Assembly: GCA_013239625.1 (NCBI GenBank)
Contig: MU054391.1
Location: 3,129,130 to 3,193,129, forward strand
Direction: 5' to 3'
DNA length: 64,000 nucleotides
Source: Lama guanicoe
Lineage: Eukaryota
The notes beneath the pieces are model-generated. The model was not told where the DNA came from, did not search any database, and saw nothing but the letters and a program-made list of their open reading frames with translations. The position numbers were made by a program, and so were the translations under genes. Shown here piece by piece: positions 22,411 through 35,000 of the stretch (its first letter is position 1; each line of letters begins with the position of its first letter).

Positions 22411-25400
22411 TAACGTGCATCTGGGACTTCAGACGGGGTGGTGCGTGGATGCATACTCTGTAAATTTTCCCCTGGAAAGTCCGGGAAACCACAACTGGGG
22501 CCCCACAGCTCGTGGTGGACAAGCCAGGCTCAGCAGCCGAGTTTCCCACGCCCGGACCCCGGATGTTCTGACTACAACGTGTTGTCCGATGAAAACTCCA
22601 TCCAGACAACTCTGTCTGTTCTTTCTCCCTTCTCAGTAAAGGATGGTTTTCTGGTGGAGCCTGAGAGGTTTCCATGTCTCTAAGTGGAGCATTGGTTGGA
22701 AAAGATGTTCTGTTGAAAGTGCGCCTCAGGACCCCAGGCGGAGTGCTGGCGGGGAGGGAGCAAGGTGGCCGGGATGCTGCAGCTGCATCAGACCTTCTCG
22801 CCAGGCGGTTCTTCACCTCTCATTTCTCTAGCGCCGGGATAGGGCCAGTAATCAACGACAAGCTTTCTTGGTCCCCTCCCTGAGCCGGGCGGCGCACATG
22901 CACGTGGATCTGCAGCATCAGTGGCCGTGAGTTGCTGATGCAGAGGCTCTGGGCCATGTGGGGCTTCGTCGTGTTATTGGAAGGAAGGAAGGGACACATG
23001 CGCCGCTATCAGAGTAGGAAGATGGAAGGTTCTCCCTGCAAGCCTGAGACTAAATCACCTGGAGTTTCTGTACCTGTGATTCAGGTTCCATCTCTTAAAC
23101 GACCTTTCTCGGATACTCAGATATGGTGAAGGCAGAGCTTGCTGGCCAGCCCATGGTGGCTCGGAGAAGCTAAAGGCATTCAGGTAGGAGCCTGTGCTAG
23201 CTCATGTGAGAAAGCTTGTGTTATAAAGGAGGGCAGCGAGGACATGGCCTTCTTTCCGCTTCTGGTGGCTTCTGAGCTGCTCTTTGGAGTAGACGTCAAC
23301 AAAGGGGAGGAGGGAGGGGACAGGCTCCTCGTCTGCCAAATGTGCGCATCCGCTCCGCGTCAGGGCTCCACACACATCACTGTCTACAAACCTCTCCACT
23401 GCCTTGCGTGAGAAGAGCTGCTTATCGCCATTCACTAAGGGGCAAATGAACCTGGCAGAGAGGCACCATCTGGCCCCAATCATTCGCCACATCTTGGAGA
23501 AAACGCTGCACAGGAGGTGCCATGAGGTGGATGGTAACGATGCCCGAGGCTCTTTGTTTCCTTGGGTCGTATTTCCCGAGACTTCCTGTAAGACGGCTCT
23601 GAGTAAGGCTGGGCTCTGACAATTCTGAGTATGATTGGCAAATCTAAGCTCCTTTCTCCCTGTAAATGTGGTTTTGTTTTGCTCCCAAATGGGTGTGGCT
23701 TTGGGGAATGTCCTCCATGTATGTCCCGGAGTGTGTGATCACTTCTCGGGCGTTCCAGGAAGATGGCACCGCGTGGGACGAGTTGCAGGCCCCTTGGGTC
23801 TGACCTCCCGTCTCCGTCGTGGTGTCTGGTTTCCTCTTCACATCTTAGGTCTTGGCCACGCTCTTGGATCTCTGACTTCTGAGTTGCACATCTAACAGGG
23901 ATGAAGGTGTTCAGACTGCGTTTGTCACTGTCGTCAAAATCTCAGACACAGCGTGACAGCTCACAGTGAGCTCTTGTTTTGAACACAGGCCCTCCCCCTG
24001 CCCATTAACTCCTTCTCTGCCAAGGCTCGCCACCCCCTGGGGTGACAAACACCATGTCTCTCTTGATCAAAGTGTGAACTTCATAACATGCACTCGTCGT
24101 AAAATTAACATTGGTCGCTCCTTGTTGTAGAAGATACAAAAGGTGCCAGAAGGCTAAGAAATTGGCTTTTAAAAAGAAATAGGGAAAAAAAGTATTGATT
24201 CCTGAAAGAAAAGACTTGTCAAGGCAATTACTTGCAAGAGCAAACCCCTCATTAGAAATCAAGTTAGATCTAATTTTGAAGGAGTGGATAGATGTCTCCT
24301 GGTATTTCCTATTGTCATATCATATATGACACATATAAATGAGAGTGATTGTTTTCAATCCCGCTTATATTAAATGAGAACTAACCAAATGAGTAAAATC
24401 AAATGTAATTAGTTTTACCTAAATTGTAGGTTTTCAGAGCAATTAATAAAACTGAAAGCTGAAAGCTGCTTGTTACGCAAATCAAAGATCAAGGAACATA
24501 TTTCCTTTATTGAATGTCACTCCTGTGTAAACCAACCTACACAAATCATGTTCGTGTTTGAAACATAGCAAGAGTGTAATTGGAATATTCAGCTGCCGTG
24601 GTAACTTAAGCATGACGTGCATGCCCAGACTTCTAACTACAACATAAAGCCTCCACTCCCCATTCCAGCTCTCATCCCTACAGGAGTAGGAGGCATAGAA
24701 GCGAAACACAAGGATGCTGGAATCATGGTAGACCCAGAGTGGAGTCTAAGCTTGGCTCCCCACCAGCCCTGTAAGCAAGGACACTTGCTTTACCACCAAA
24801 GCGCCACGTTCCCTGTCATCAAGGCTGTACTCCCCAAGCAGTGTGGGAGGGGTTCTTCCCATGTCTCATGCGGGGTGTTCAGCAAACTCTTTTCACATGG
24901 CTTACCCCCAGTAGATGCCACGCACTATTATTACTCTTAGGCTCACTGCCATAGCTTCAGTATATCTTCCGAATTATGTGTGAAATAATTATTTTCTGAG
25001 GCCAGTCATGGTCACCTTGTGTTTTTCAGAACTTGCGTGTCCATTCGGCTGTGCCATGACTGTGTGTCTGTCTCTGCCTAGAGCTCCGAGTCGCGGAGGG
25101 CAGGAAACCAAGTCACTTCCCTGCTCTGAGCCTCGGTTTCATCTGCCAAGTGGACGGTCCCTTCAGCCTTTCCCAATGACAACAGCAAGCTCTTTGGAAA
25201 AGGGCTCCTTTGTAGAAGAGCCCTTCTGTGCCCAAGAGTCATATCCTTGGACACCCTTAAGAAGTTCTGTGGAAATATTTCTGACTCTAAAAATGCACAC
25301 AGTTGAGAACCTCAGGGCGGCTTTCCAGGGAGGCCTCATTGTAGAACCACAGCCCAGGGGGTGCTGAGAGTTCCAAGGCAGCATCCGTGACTCCATTCCC

Positions 25401-25486
25401 GTGAGCATCACACCGTCAACCACCAAAGTGCTGGCATTTGTTTTCCCTGAGTTGATCTCATGCCTTTGCAAAGAAAGTGAGGCCCA

Positions 25487-26318
25487 TGTGATGCTGCAAC
25501 TTACAATTATTATATGTGTGTATGTATAAGTGCATAAGGCCATTCATCTACGTATATGCATATATGGTCTTTGTTTCTTGTACAAAGCTCCCAAACCCTT
25601 GGGATTTCCTAAGTGAAGAGAGTGATAAGGGTGTCTTTTGTTACGTTAATGAGGTGACTTTTGGAAACACTCAGGGATGGGGGCTGACTGCCTAGAGACC
25701 CAATCACACGCTTAAAGGGTTAAGACTTCTACTGCCATCCCTTGGACCACTGGAAACTGGAGGGGGACTGGAGGTTAGATCAATGACCAATGGCCAATGA
25801 TTTAATCAATCATGCCTATGCAATGAAGCCTCCATAAAAACCCAAAAGGGGAGGGTTTGGGGAGCTTCTGGGTCTGTGAAGAGTAGCTATGCAGGGGGAG
25901 TGGCCTGTCAGAGAGCATGGGGTCCCCACACCCTTCCCTGCACCTTGCCCTGTGCCTCTTCTCCATCCAGCTGTTCCTGAGTTACATCCTTTTATAATGA
26001 ACTGATAATCTAGTAAGTAAAATGTTTCTCTGAGTTCTGTGAGCAAATTAGGGAAGCCGAGGAGGGAGTTGTTGGAACCTCCCATCTACAGCCAGTTGGC
26101 CAGAAGCGCAGGTGACAGTTTGGACTTGCACTTGGCATCTGAAGTGGTGGGGGAGGGAGCAGTCTCGTAGGACTGAGCCCTTGACCTGCAGGGTCCGACA
26201 CCTCCTCTAGGTCAGCAGTGTCAGAACTGAGTTGGATTGTGGGACAACTAGCTGGCGTTTGAGAACTGCTTGGTGGTGTGGAAATACCCTCCCACACTGG
26301 GATTGGTGACCAGAATCA
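25487..26318 (+). mobile_element. MER21 (MER21B/C-like) solo LTR, apparently full length
   Basis: TG...CA ends; ccaatggccaatgatttaatcaatcatgcctatgcaatgaagcctccataaaaaccc; gctgttcctgagttacatccttttataat; gcagtctcgtaggactgagccctt; cagtgtcagaactgagttggattgt. Confidence 0.9.
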
Positions 26319-28919
26319 TGTGCCATTATGCCCATTTAGAAGATAAAGACACTGAGACCAGGGAGCACAGAACCTATTACATCAAGAGCATGGGATGAAG
26401 TATTAAGACTTGCCCTCCCCTGACTTCTGCAGCCATTACTGTGGAGACCACTTGCTTTAGCATCTCTTTAATATCACTTATGGTTTTAGGTAGTTTTTGT
26501 TGTTATTGTTGTTTGGTTGGTTGGATTTTTAACAGGTAGCAAAAAGTTCCAGGAAAAGGAAGGAACGAATCTCTATGCCCAGTTTCCTGCTGTTCCAAGA
26601 GGTCTCCAGGGTAGCAAATGATGGGTGGTCTTCTGTTGAGAAACTGATGGTCTCTTGGAAGAACGAATGGAGGAGATAAATTGGGACTGATTTTCCAACA
26701 AGGATATTGAAAAATACATCTCTCCAGAAAGGAGCAAAGATTTTGGCTGGAATCTTCCCAAAGAGAAAATGTAGCACATTTTATCTGGACTATAAACAAA
26801 CATACATACATAAAATGCTTGCCTTACTTCCACATTAGATGTGGTAGCAGGTAGTGGGGTAAACGGGAAGACTGGGCTTTGGCAGGTAGAGTGGTCCAAA
26901 TCATGAATTCCCTTACGCCTCAGGTGTTCTCTCTTCTGTGGGCCCACCTGAGAAGCGAGGGAAGCGATCTCCCCTCAGGGCCAGTGGGAGACCCAAATGA
27001 GACACCGCTCATGGCCAGCCTGTTCCAGGCCTAGCGTCGTGAGGCCAGCGTGAATGAAGAGATGCTCAAATTCATTAACATTCCTTTCCATCCTGTTAAG
27101 TAAGGCTTTCTTTTTGGAAACAAACAGACAGAAAAGGTATATAGCCCTTGATATGAAACCTCCTTTCCCCAATAAGCATACAATCCTTAATATAAACCTA
27201 AAGAAAAAGATATCAAATAACAAACAGAACAACATAGAGATGAATTAAGAGACCAGAAATGAGGACCATATGGAGGAGAATTTGCTTAAAATACACATGG
27301 GGCTTGGGGGGGTGGGGAAGAGAGAGAGGATTGTTGGCAAAAAAAAAAAGTGCTTTGGGATTGTGCCAAATTTGAAAACGTTTGAATAAATAATTGAAGC
27401 TTAGGAAACGTATAGGAAGATTTCTCTCATTTTCCGGGATAAATGAAAGAGGAGAAACGTAGCCTGGGGATCAGTGGTGCTCACGGTGGACACGCAGGCA
27501 TTTTGGCAGGACTTAGGCAAAGGGACACTGCTGTTTGGAGCTGGCTTGTTAGCTTCAGAAACGAGACCTTTACTCCGGGACGTTGCCGTGCGGTGCACAG
27601 CACTCCACGGAGCGTTTGCACGCAGGATGCATCTTGGCCTCAGTTTCAGCTTAAGGTTTATCCAGAGTCAAGTGAGAAGAGTACGTGGAGCAGAGAACAT
27701 GTCACACCCATGTGACAAAAGCTGGCGTCTGTCTGTTCTGCAAAAAGGACACAGAGATGCTCCTAGAATGTGGCTTCATGGTCACATTCTTTTTGTCCCA
27801 CTGTTTTATATTTTCTGTGCTTGTGCCTGAATGTAGAAACATGCATTACTTTCCCTTGTTCTAACCAGGACAGTGACTGTTCAAATAAACACAAGTCTTC
27901 AAAATATTTTGGTCCCGGGCTCAAGGATCTATTTCAAATAAAACAGGCACAAGGAAGATATCATTTTGTGTTAAACAGGCACTGACTCTGGGATGAGAAC
28001 TCATTCTCAGTCATTCTTTGGCCCCGTGTTGTCCATGCTGCGCTCAGTTTTCTGGTTTACAAGCAGTGAATGACACTCTCGCCCCCCAGGGAGGGCGGGT
28101 CCTTCATTTCTTCGCCCGCACTGGTCCTCCGAGCACTGAGCTGAGATGTCCAAGTCTGAACTGCCACTTCTGGCGTCAGGGGAGATTCGTCCCTGCGCCC
28201 AGCGCTCTGGTCCCGCTCCCTGTCCCCCGCTCCTCAGTCTGCAGCCCGGCCCCGAGCAGCGGCACAGGCTGGGGCACGCGGAGTCCGCAGCGTGGCCACC
28301 GGCCACTGGAAGGGGCACCGCGAGGCCTCGTGAGGCGTCGGAGAAGCACGAACAGCGCGCACACGGGGTGGGACGCCGCTTGGCATGCGGTCCCTGGGCA
28401 CTCACAGGACATCAAGCCAAACCAAAAGCACAGCAAAAGTAAAGGCTAAAAGACAATGTTCAGCATCCTCTTGCCCCCCCAACATGTCCTGCTTCTCTTA
28501 AGCACCAGTGTACAAGGCACATCGCCTGTCTCCGTGAGAAAAGTAGCTTTTTCTTAAACCCTGCAAGTTGTGATGTGCTTCTTCCAGGGAGCTCTGCTTC
28601 TAAAGAGTCTAATGCCTCTGCAGTCTTTGACGAATGAACTTTGTGCCTGGTCATTGGGTCCTTCACAATCTGCGGTTAAATGGTCTCCGTGCACTTTTAA
28701 TGATTCAGCCAAGCTGGTGGAGGCCATGCTCTTCCCTGACTCTGTGCTTTTCTAGCCCCGCATCTTTGCTCACAGGCGTTTTCCTCACCCACAATGCTCG
28801 GTGTCTTCCTCCTTGTCTGTCTGGAGCAACCAGTTCTTGAGATGCTCAGTATCCAAGTCGGGAAACCTCGTCTCTTTACCAGCACACCCGGAGCTGCTTA
28901 CAGACACGAGATGAGCCAT

Positions 28920-29100
28920 TGAAGTCAGAGGGTCATGGTTTTGGATCCTGGGTCTTCCGATTTTATTGATGACTTTTGGTGAATTATTTCATTTCACGGA
29001 TGCTCAGTGTCGTGCAGATGTCAGGTGGGAACAGCAGGGCTTATTTCTGAGAGTTATTTAAGATGAGATTAAACAAGACACCAGTAAAATGTCTACCAAT
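28920..29100 (+). mobile_element. MIR fragment
   Basis: gaagtcagag...ggttttggatcctgg...tgctcagtgtcgt...gagttatttaagatgagattaaacaaga. Confidence 0.5.
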
Positions 29101-29476
29101 AAAACTGCTCCTTCTCTTCCTGTCTGTGTTGAGATATTTTTATTTTTTGAAACTCAAGTCAAAGGGCAGATCCTTGAGACCCAAGAGTCTGCTGTTCCTT
29201 TATACCCCTGTGATCTTAAAAGGCAATGTAAACAGAGTACACATGCTGTCATTAGCATTGTTTTAAGTGATTTGGGGACATTTAAAATAACACCTATATG
29301 ATAAGAACAGTTCAACACGTTACCTTTTTAAAAAATCTACAAAATGCAATTTTGGTTTTGCTTATTTGTTGATTTTTCAGTGGCTCAGAAGTATCATCAT
29401 GCCACGTTCTACACATAAATGGTAAAGTTTTGGTTTTCAGATGTAATAGAAAAATGTTTCCATGTGAGGAGTCTTC

Positions 29477-29856
29477 TCTATGAGTCTTCTAGGATAGTCG
29501 TAACAAAACGTCACAGACTGGGGCTCCAACAAGAGGAATTTATTTTCTTACAGTGCTGGAGGCTGGAAGTGTGAGGTCAAGGTCCAGCAGGGCTGGAGCC
29601 TGGCTGGCAAACGGCTGCTGTCCGGCCCCGTGCTCGCATGGCCCTCCTCCTGTGTGCGTGTGTGTGGAGAGACAGAGCGAGCTGTCAGGGGCTCTTCTTG
29701 TAAGGGCACTAACCCTGCTGCATCAGGGCCCCACCTCACGACCACATTTGACCTCCATTACTCTCTTAGAGATCCCAGCTCCAGACACAGCCCCACCAGG
29801 GGGTTGGGCTTCAACGTCTGAACAGGGTGGGAGACAGAAGCGTCCAGTTAGTAACA
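29477..29856 (-). mobile_element. MaLR solo LTR, MLT1A-like
   Basis: gtaacaaaacgtcacagactgggg...aatttattttcttacagtgctggaggctggaagtgtgaggtcaaggt...cttcttgtaagggcactaaccc...gggcttcaacgtctgaa...cagttagtaaca. Confidence 0.9.
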
Positions 29857-32050
29857 AAGGGTAACGGCCAGCATCTGAAAGTAGCCTCCTGACCCTCCAG
29901 TTTGGGTGGGGTTGATGTATAAAAGGTGCATCTACAGCATCTCAGCCTCCACTCACTACTCTTTCCGAGCCTCCACCTTGTTTGTTTGTTTGTTGAAGTA
30001 AAGCCCCAACTGTGGTTTTCATTAGTGGCATCTCTGACCCTTGATGCAAAGATCTCTCCAAAACTAAGGAAGATTTTAAAATATACCTGATGTCGACGTG
30101 TTGAGAGGAAAACGGCGTATGTGCCTGCATCCCCAGAGTGAGCATGATGACTGTATTATGTCTGACTTCTTCATATTTAATTAAAGAATGAAATCATAAG
30201 CCCTGAAAATAAACGTATAAGCAACTGAAAACAAAATAGTTGTGTCATGACAAAGCAGTTCAAACGTTTATTCCAAAGCCAAAAATTCATTATTCCAAGC
30301 CCCATCTCTCTAAAATCTCTCTCTTTCTCTCTCTGTATCTAAACACACCCCCCCTCCAATATGTGTGGAAATTCATCAAAATAGCATACAGTCTTTCTAC
30401 TTGATTCGCAGCACATACACAAGCTCACCCAAACCAACACCGTGACTGAACCTAGGACATGAGAGTCCCTGGAAATGAGCGTGGAGGTGGGGACTGTGCA
30501 AACGCGCCACATGCAAGGACAGTCTAGCTCTGCGGGGCTGTTTTCCACACCCGCTCCCGTCCCACTGCCTGGCCCCACTGTGTCTAATAGTTTATCTTTA
30601 AGATTTTCCCATATTTCACACTCAAGGATCTTGGTGAATTTAAGCTAGGGCATCGCCCAGATTCCAGATTCCAAATGAATAACTCTTTCATTTAGTTAAT
30701 AGCTGCAGTAGAGCCATAAACCCATAATAGTTTATGACTTTCAGGATATAACCTGCAACCACAGACAATATAAATTATATGACATTGCACTTTACGGCTG
30801 TACGAAGCGCAGCCGGGATCTCACCACGGGTGTGAAGTCTGGGGAGTCGGGGGAGGGTGGGGGCGGGCACTGTTTACTTATTTACTTATTTTACTTGTTG
30901 GCTTAAAACACACCTTCATCCTGTGACCCGGCGAGCCACAATTCCGACTGGAGTCGTCCACACCGCTGAGCCGAAGGCAACTGTGACCACAAAAGAAAGC
31001 TACTTGTAAAGAATGGAGGTGAAGGTTTCATTTCACCCTCAGCTCACACTGCTATTTCCAGCACAAATGGAGACGCAGACTCCATCTCTGCTCTAAGCAT
31101 CATGGAGAATTATGTTCAAGGAGACATACGTCGTTAGAAACGTGAGGTGTGGGAGGGTGCAGGCACAGAAATGAGCTGTGTCTAGACTCGCCGGGGCTTT
31201 TGTTTTGTTCCCTTATCTGTGAAGAGGAGCCCGGGTGACGTTATTGTCCCTCCATTGTGCGTGTGGCTTCTAAATCCTGCTTCATGTCTGGGCTTAAGGT
31301 TAGGCCTCTGAAGCAAGAGCGGGGGAGGATCCCTGATTCCGTAAATGGACCGTCTAAATCAAAAATGAAGATAATAGAGCTTCAGAAATTGTTAAGGGCC
31401 AGAGGGAGCCAGGAAGGCAGGCCAGCTTTTGAAATGACGAAAGGCCACTCACTTCTTCGCTGCACCTGCTGCCTGAGGAGTGCTGTGTTTCTGAAGAGGC
31501 CTGTGGTCCGATCTGCATATCAAATAGCTGATTTGTAGATGAGGTCATTCGTTTTGTGGTCTCTGTGCTTGCTGGGCTGAGGATGGGCCGTTGCCTGGCA
31601 GTGGGCCACGGATCCCTGCAGCGCCCTCATCCATTCTGAACTCAAATCCAGGACGGCCTTTCATGAGTAAATCTCTGAAATATCTAACGCGTTGGTGAGT
31701 TCAAAGCACGGGTGACGTATAAACAGGGAAGCATCTCTGTAACGGCCCTGGTTCTTCAGCTTAGGGACTGTGTAAGCGCAAGCGTCAGCTAGTCAACATC
31801 TCTGTCTCCTGTTCGCCACCACAGGGCCAGGTAACGCCTTAGCACGTACATATGGCCCCTGCCTTGGTCATGCTCAGGGAGAGCTTGCTGCTTGATCGCA
31901 CCAGGACCGAGGTGAAAGGGGAAATTAAAATGCTCTGTTCTCTCTGTGGAAATATGTAAATACTGTAGAATCAGATGAAGATAATTGATTCCAACTTCCA
32001 AGGAGGCTTCCTTGCTCTAGAATTCGGTTGATCAGCTGGCTCTTACTGAA

Positions 32051-32077
32051 TGTGTGCGTGTGTGTGTGTGTGTGTGT
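32051..32077. repeat. (TG)n microsatellite
   Basis: tgtgtgcgtgtgtgtgtgtgtgtgtgt. Confidence 0.9.
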
Positions 32078-35000
32078 CTCGGTGTGCACACTTGCATATC
32101 TGTGTACACACCCGGTCGCACACATTTTAACCACAGGCTCTTTCCAATCAAAGTCTGCCAAAGAATACACTCATAAAGAAAAAGCATCCAATACCTTTGC
32201 GATCGAGTCTGTGTTCTTCTCAAAAGAGGACACTCCCTTTCCCTAGCCTAATTCTTTCATCTGTGTTTTTCCACAGCTCCGTGGCTTTGGCTAGTAGAAA
32301 AAGTTTGGAGCAGAATTCTGTCTTAAAAATTAGGAATGAGGAATTAGGGACAAAATTTTATTTATTTTTTATTTTTTAAGTGCATTCAATTCAATGCACT
32401 TAAATTGAAGCCCATGTGTTGGAGGTGTGTGTTGTGTGCCGTAGGCTCCTTCCTGGGATAAATATCTTCCTTTGTGACAGTTCTCTTGCTCGTTACAGCT
32501 CTTCTGTCTCCAACTGCTGTTCTTCTGGCGGTAGGAACAGTTTTTCAGATTCGGAATGTCCTATAAGTTAAAAAAAAAACTTGACAACATACTCGTAAAC
32601 AACTGTAATAATGCAACGATGCAATGACCATGGTAAGAGGGGAAAAAAAGCTGGGGTTCACGAGTCAGCTGGTGAAATATAAAAAGTATGATTAGGCAGA
32701 AAGTATCCGTCCCTGCATCACCTTAGTGCCCTTCCCTGGGCAAGGAGAATCAAACCACTCAGAGTGGCAGCCTGGGGACATTTCAGTGGCGTGTGCGCAG
32801 TAAGGAACCCTCCTCTGCTTGTGGGAGGGCAGTTTAGGGGTCAGGAGCCAGACAGGAACCTGTAAACAATGAAACCAACTAAATACTGCTTTTTGTGCCT
32901 TTTTTAAGATTGGCGATGGAAAAACATTGAGATAGAATTTTGTTTAATGTCTGGCAAAGCTGACAGAAAAGTATCAACATAATGAGCTACTTTTGCATGA
33001 GTTCCAAGATCATAACTGCTTTCAAAGACTCCACTTCAGGAAGGCTCCCCTTCTTCATGCAGAAATAGGGGCTCCAGGAGCTGTGGCTTATTCAAGGTCG
33101 TTTAGCAAACCTAGAGCCAGGAAAAAAAAGTCTGTTATTTGCTCTCTTGGATTGAGGCTCCACCATGCCATTACCTTTCCCTGACAGACAGCTCTGAACG
33201 GGTATCTGTTGAGAACCGTAGGCTGAACACATTAAGAATCACAATTTTAGGATAATGGATGTATAGTGAGAAAGCAAATCATATTTTTCCAAAGTGGCAT
33301 TTTTTAATAAAAACACACACAAAAATGAAATGCTGCATTTCTGAAACATGATTCTGGAAACATGGTCTGGTCCTCCACTTCACGGAAATTGGCAGACAGT
33401 GGTTTCTTCAGTAAGGCTGGGGAGCAGGGAGTCATCGAACACTGACCATCGTTAACTGCACATGCGTTCTTGTACGTGCAACATCAAATGGTAAAGACGC
33501 AGTAATAGAAGGGACCCAAAGAGCCCAGGAGTAGTCGAATTTGCCTCTAGACATAGCCTGATCTTTGACCCTTTTTACAGACCAAAAACCTTTTGAAACT
33601 GAAGCTCTTGGCCACAGATTAATAAGCCACGGGCGGACTGTGGACCTCGTGGTGGTGCTCAGGGAATGTATTAAATTCACGCAGCGGCGAAGAGGTTAAC
33701 TTCAGTCATCCTCAAGGGAACCAGCAGTGACAGTCCACAAAGAGTCCTGGGGAGATGGCCAGTCTGCCGTTTAATAAAGCAAATTCTGATTGCTATGGAT
33801 GATTCCCTTTTTAAGTTCATTTTTGTTGCTGTATTCAAGTTCATGCCAACAAGCATGTTACAAATACAGAAATAAGCTTCATGCTAGAGAAAATTTGAGA
33901 TTTAAAAACACCATCAACAACAGCATTATTTGTAAAAATGCTCTAACAGTCTATGCATTTGCAATGGCTTAGATTTCAATATTTTTTATGTGAAATTACA
34001 TGGAAAATAACATAAGGGCTTCCCGCCTTGTGAAACCATTTATAAAAGAGGCCCCACCGTCTTCTCACTAATGAGAAAAGGTTAATTTCTGCAGATGACA
34101 TACAACTTCATTTTAAGGTCTTGGATATTTTGTGATATATTTGCCAGTTTTTTTTTTTATTGGAATCTTGATTTTTAAAGTAAAAGCAGAATCGCATGTA
34201 TGTCCCATTCATAGGAACACACACAAAAAGATTCATTCAGAGTTCCTCAAGCCTTTTTGCCTCTCTTTCAAAAACAGCTTTTCTGCGTGTTGTGGTGTTG
34301 ACAGGAGGTAACAGGAAAACAAGTGCATCTGAGCTTAATGAGCAATTCATCTGCGCGCGGCGACTCCGGGAGGGGGAGATGCACCCAGCACAGGGCTGCT
34401 CAGGTTGGAGGGGGGAATTCCTTATTTATCCTGCTGCATAATAAAGAACCGATCTCCTTGTCCATAAACTCACAGCAACCAACGTGACAGCTGTTTTGCA
34501 TTCTTCTGCTCCAGGACCGACTTTCCCCAGAAGGCAGTTTTGTTCCTCCCCGCAAGACCCATCAGTTACCCAGCTCGATATTGATTTTGTTTGTTTCCTG
34601 GCTATCTGATTACTGTCCCCAAATATACTTGATAATAATTTAAGCACCCACACACACAAAGATAATTACTTCACTGATAAATTGCAGAGCATACGTAGGT
34701 GTGGATATAAAATTCAGGGACTCTGGCACCGTAAATGAGCCCCTGGCTTCACAGCAGCCGAAGCCAGGCTGATCTATGGAAGCCATTGAGGGGACAGTCC
34801 TGGGAGGAGCTTTCTGAACACATGGCCAGGGCTCGGGGTTTGTAGCAGGAGCACAGGAGGCTGTTGTCCCACAAAAGAGCTTTGTTAAGCCGAATCTTTA
34901 ATTCCAAGAGGAGTGCCTAATTTACACCCTGCCGCAGGCTGGGTATTTTGCATCTGCTAGTTTCACAACATTTCTGAGGTATCCCTTTGTGATGGTAGAT

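Noticed and set aside
26503..26947. All three minus-strand frames open over ~200 bp with an acceptor-like tttgtttatagtccag
   Set aside because: No recognisable protein in any frame and no matching donor; a pyrimidine-rich minus strand naturally lacks stops.
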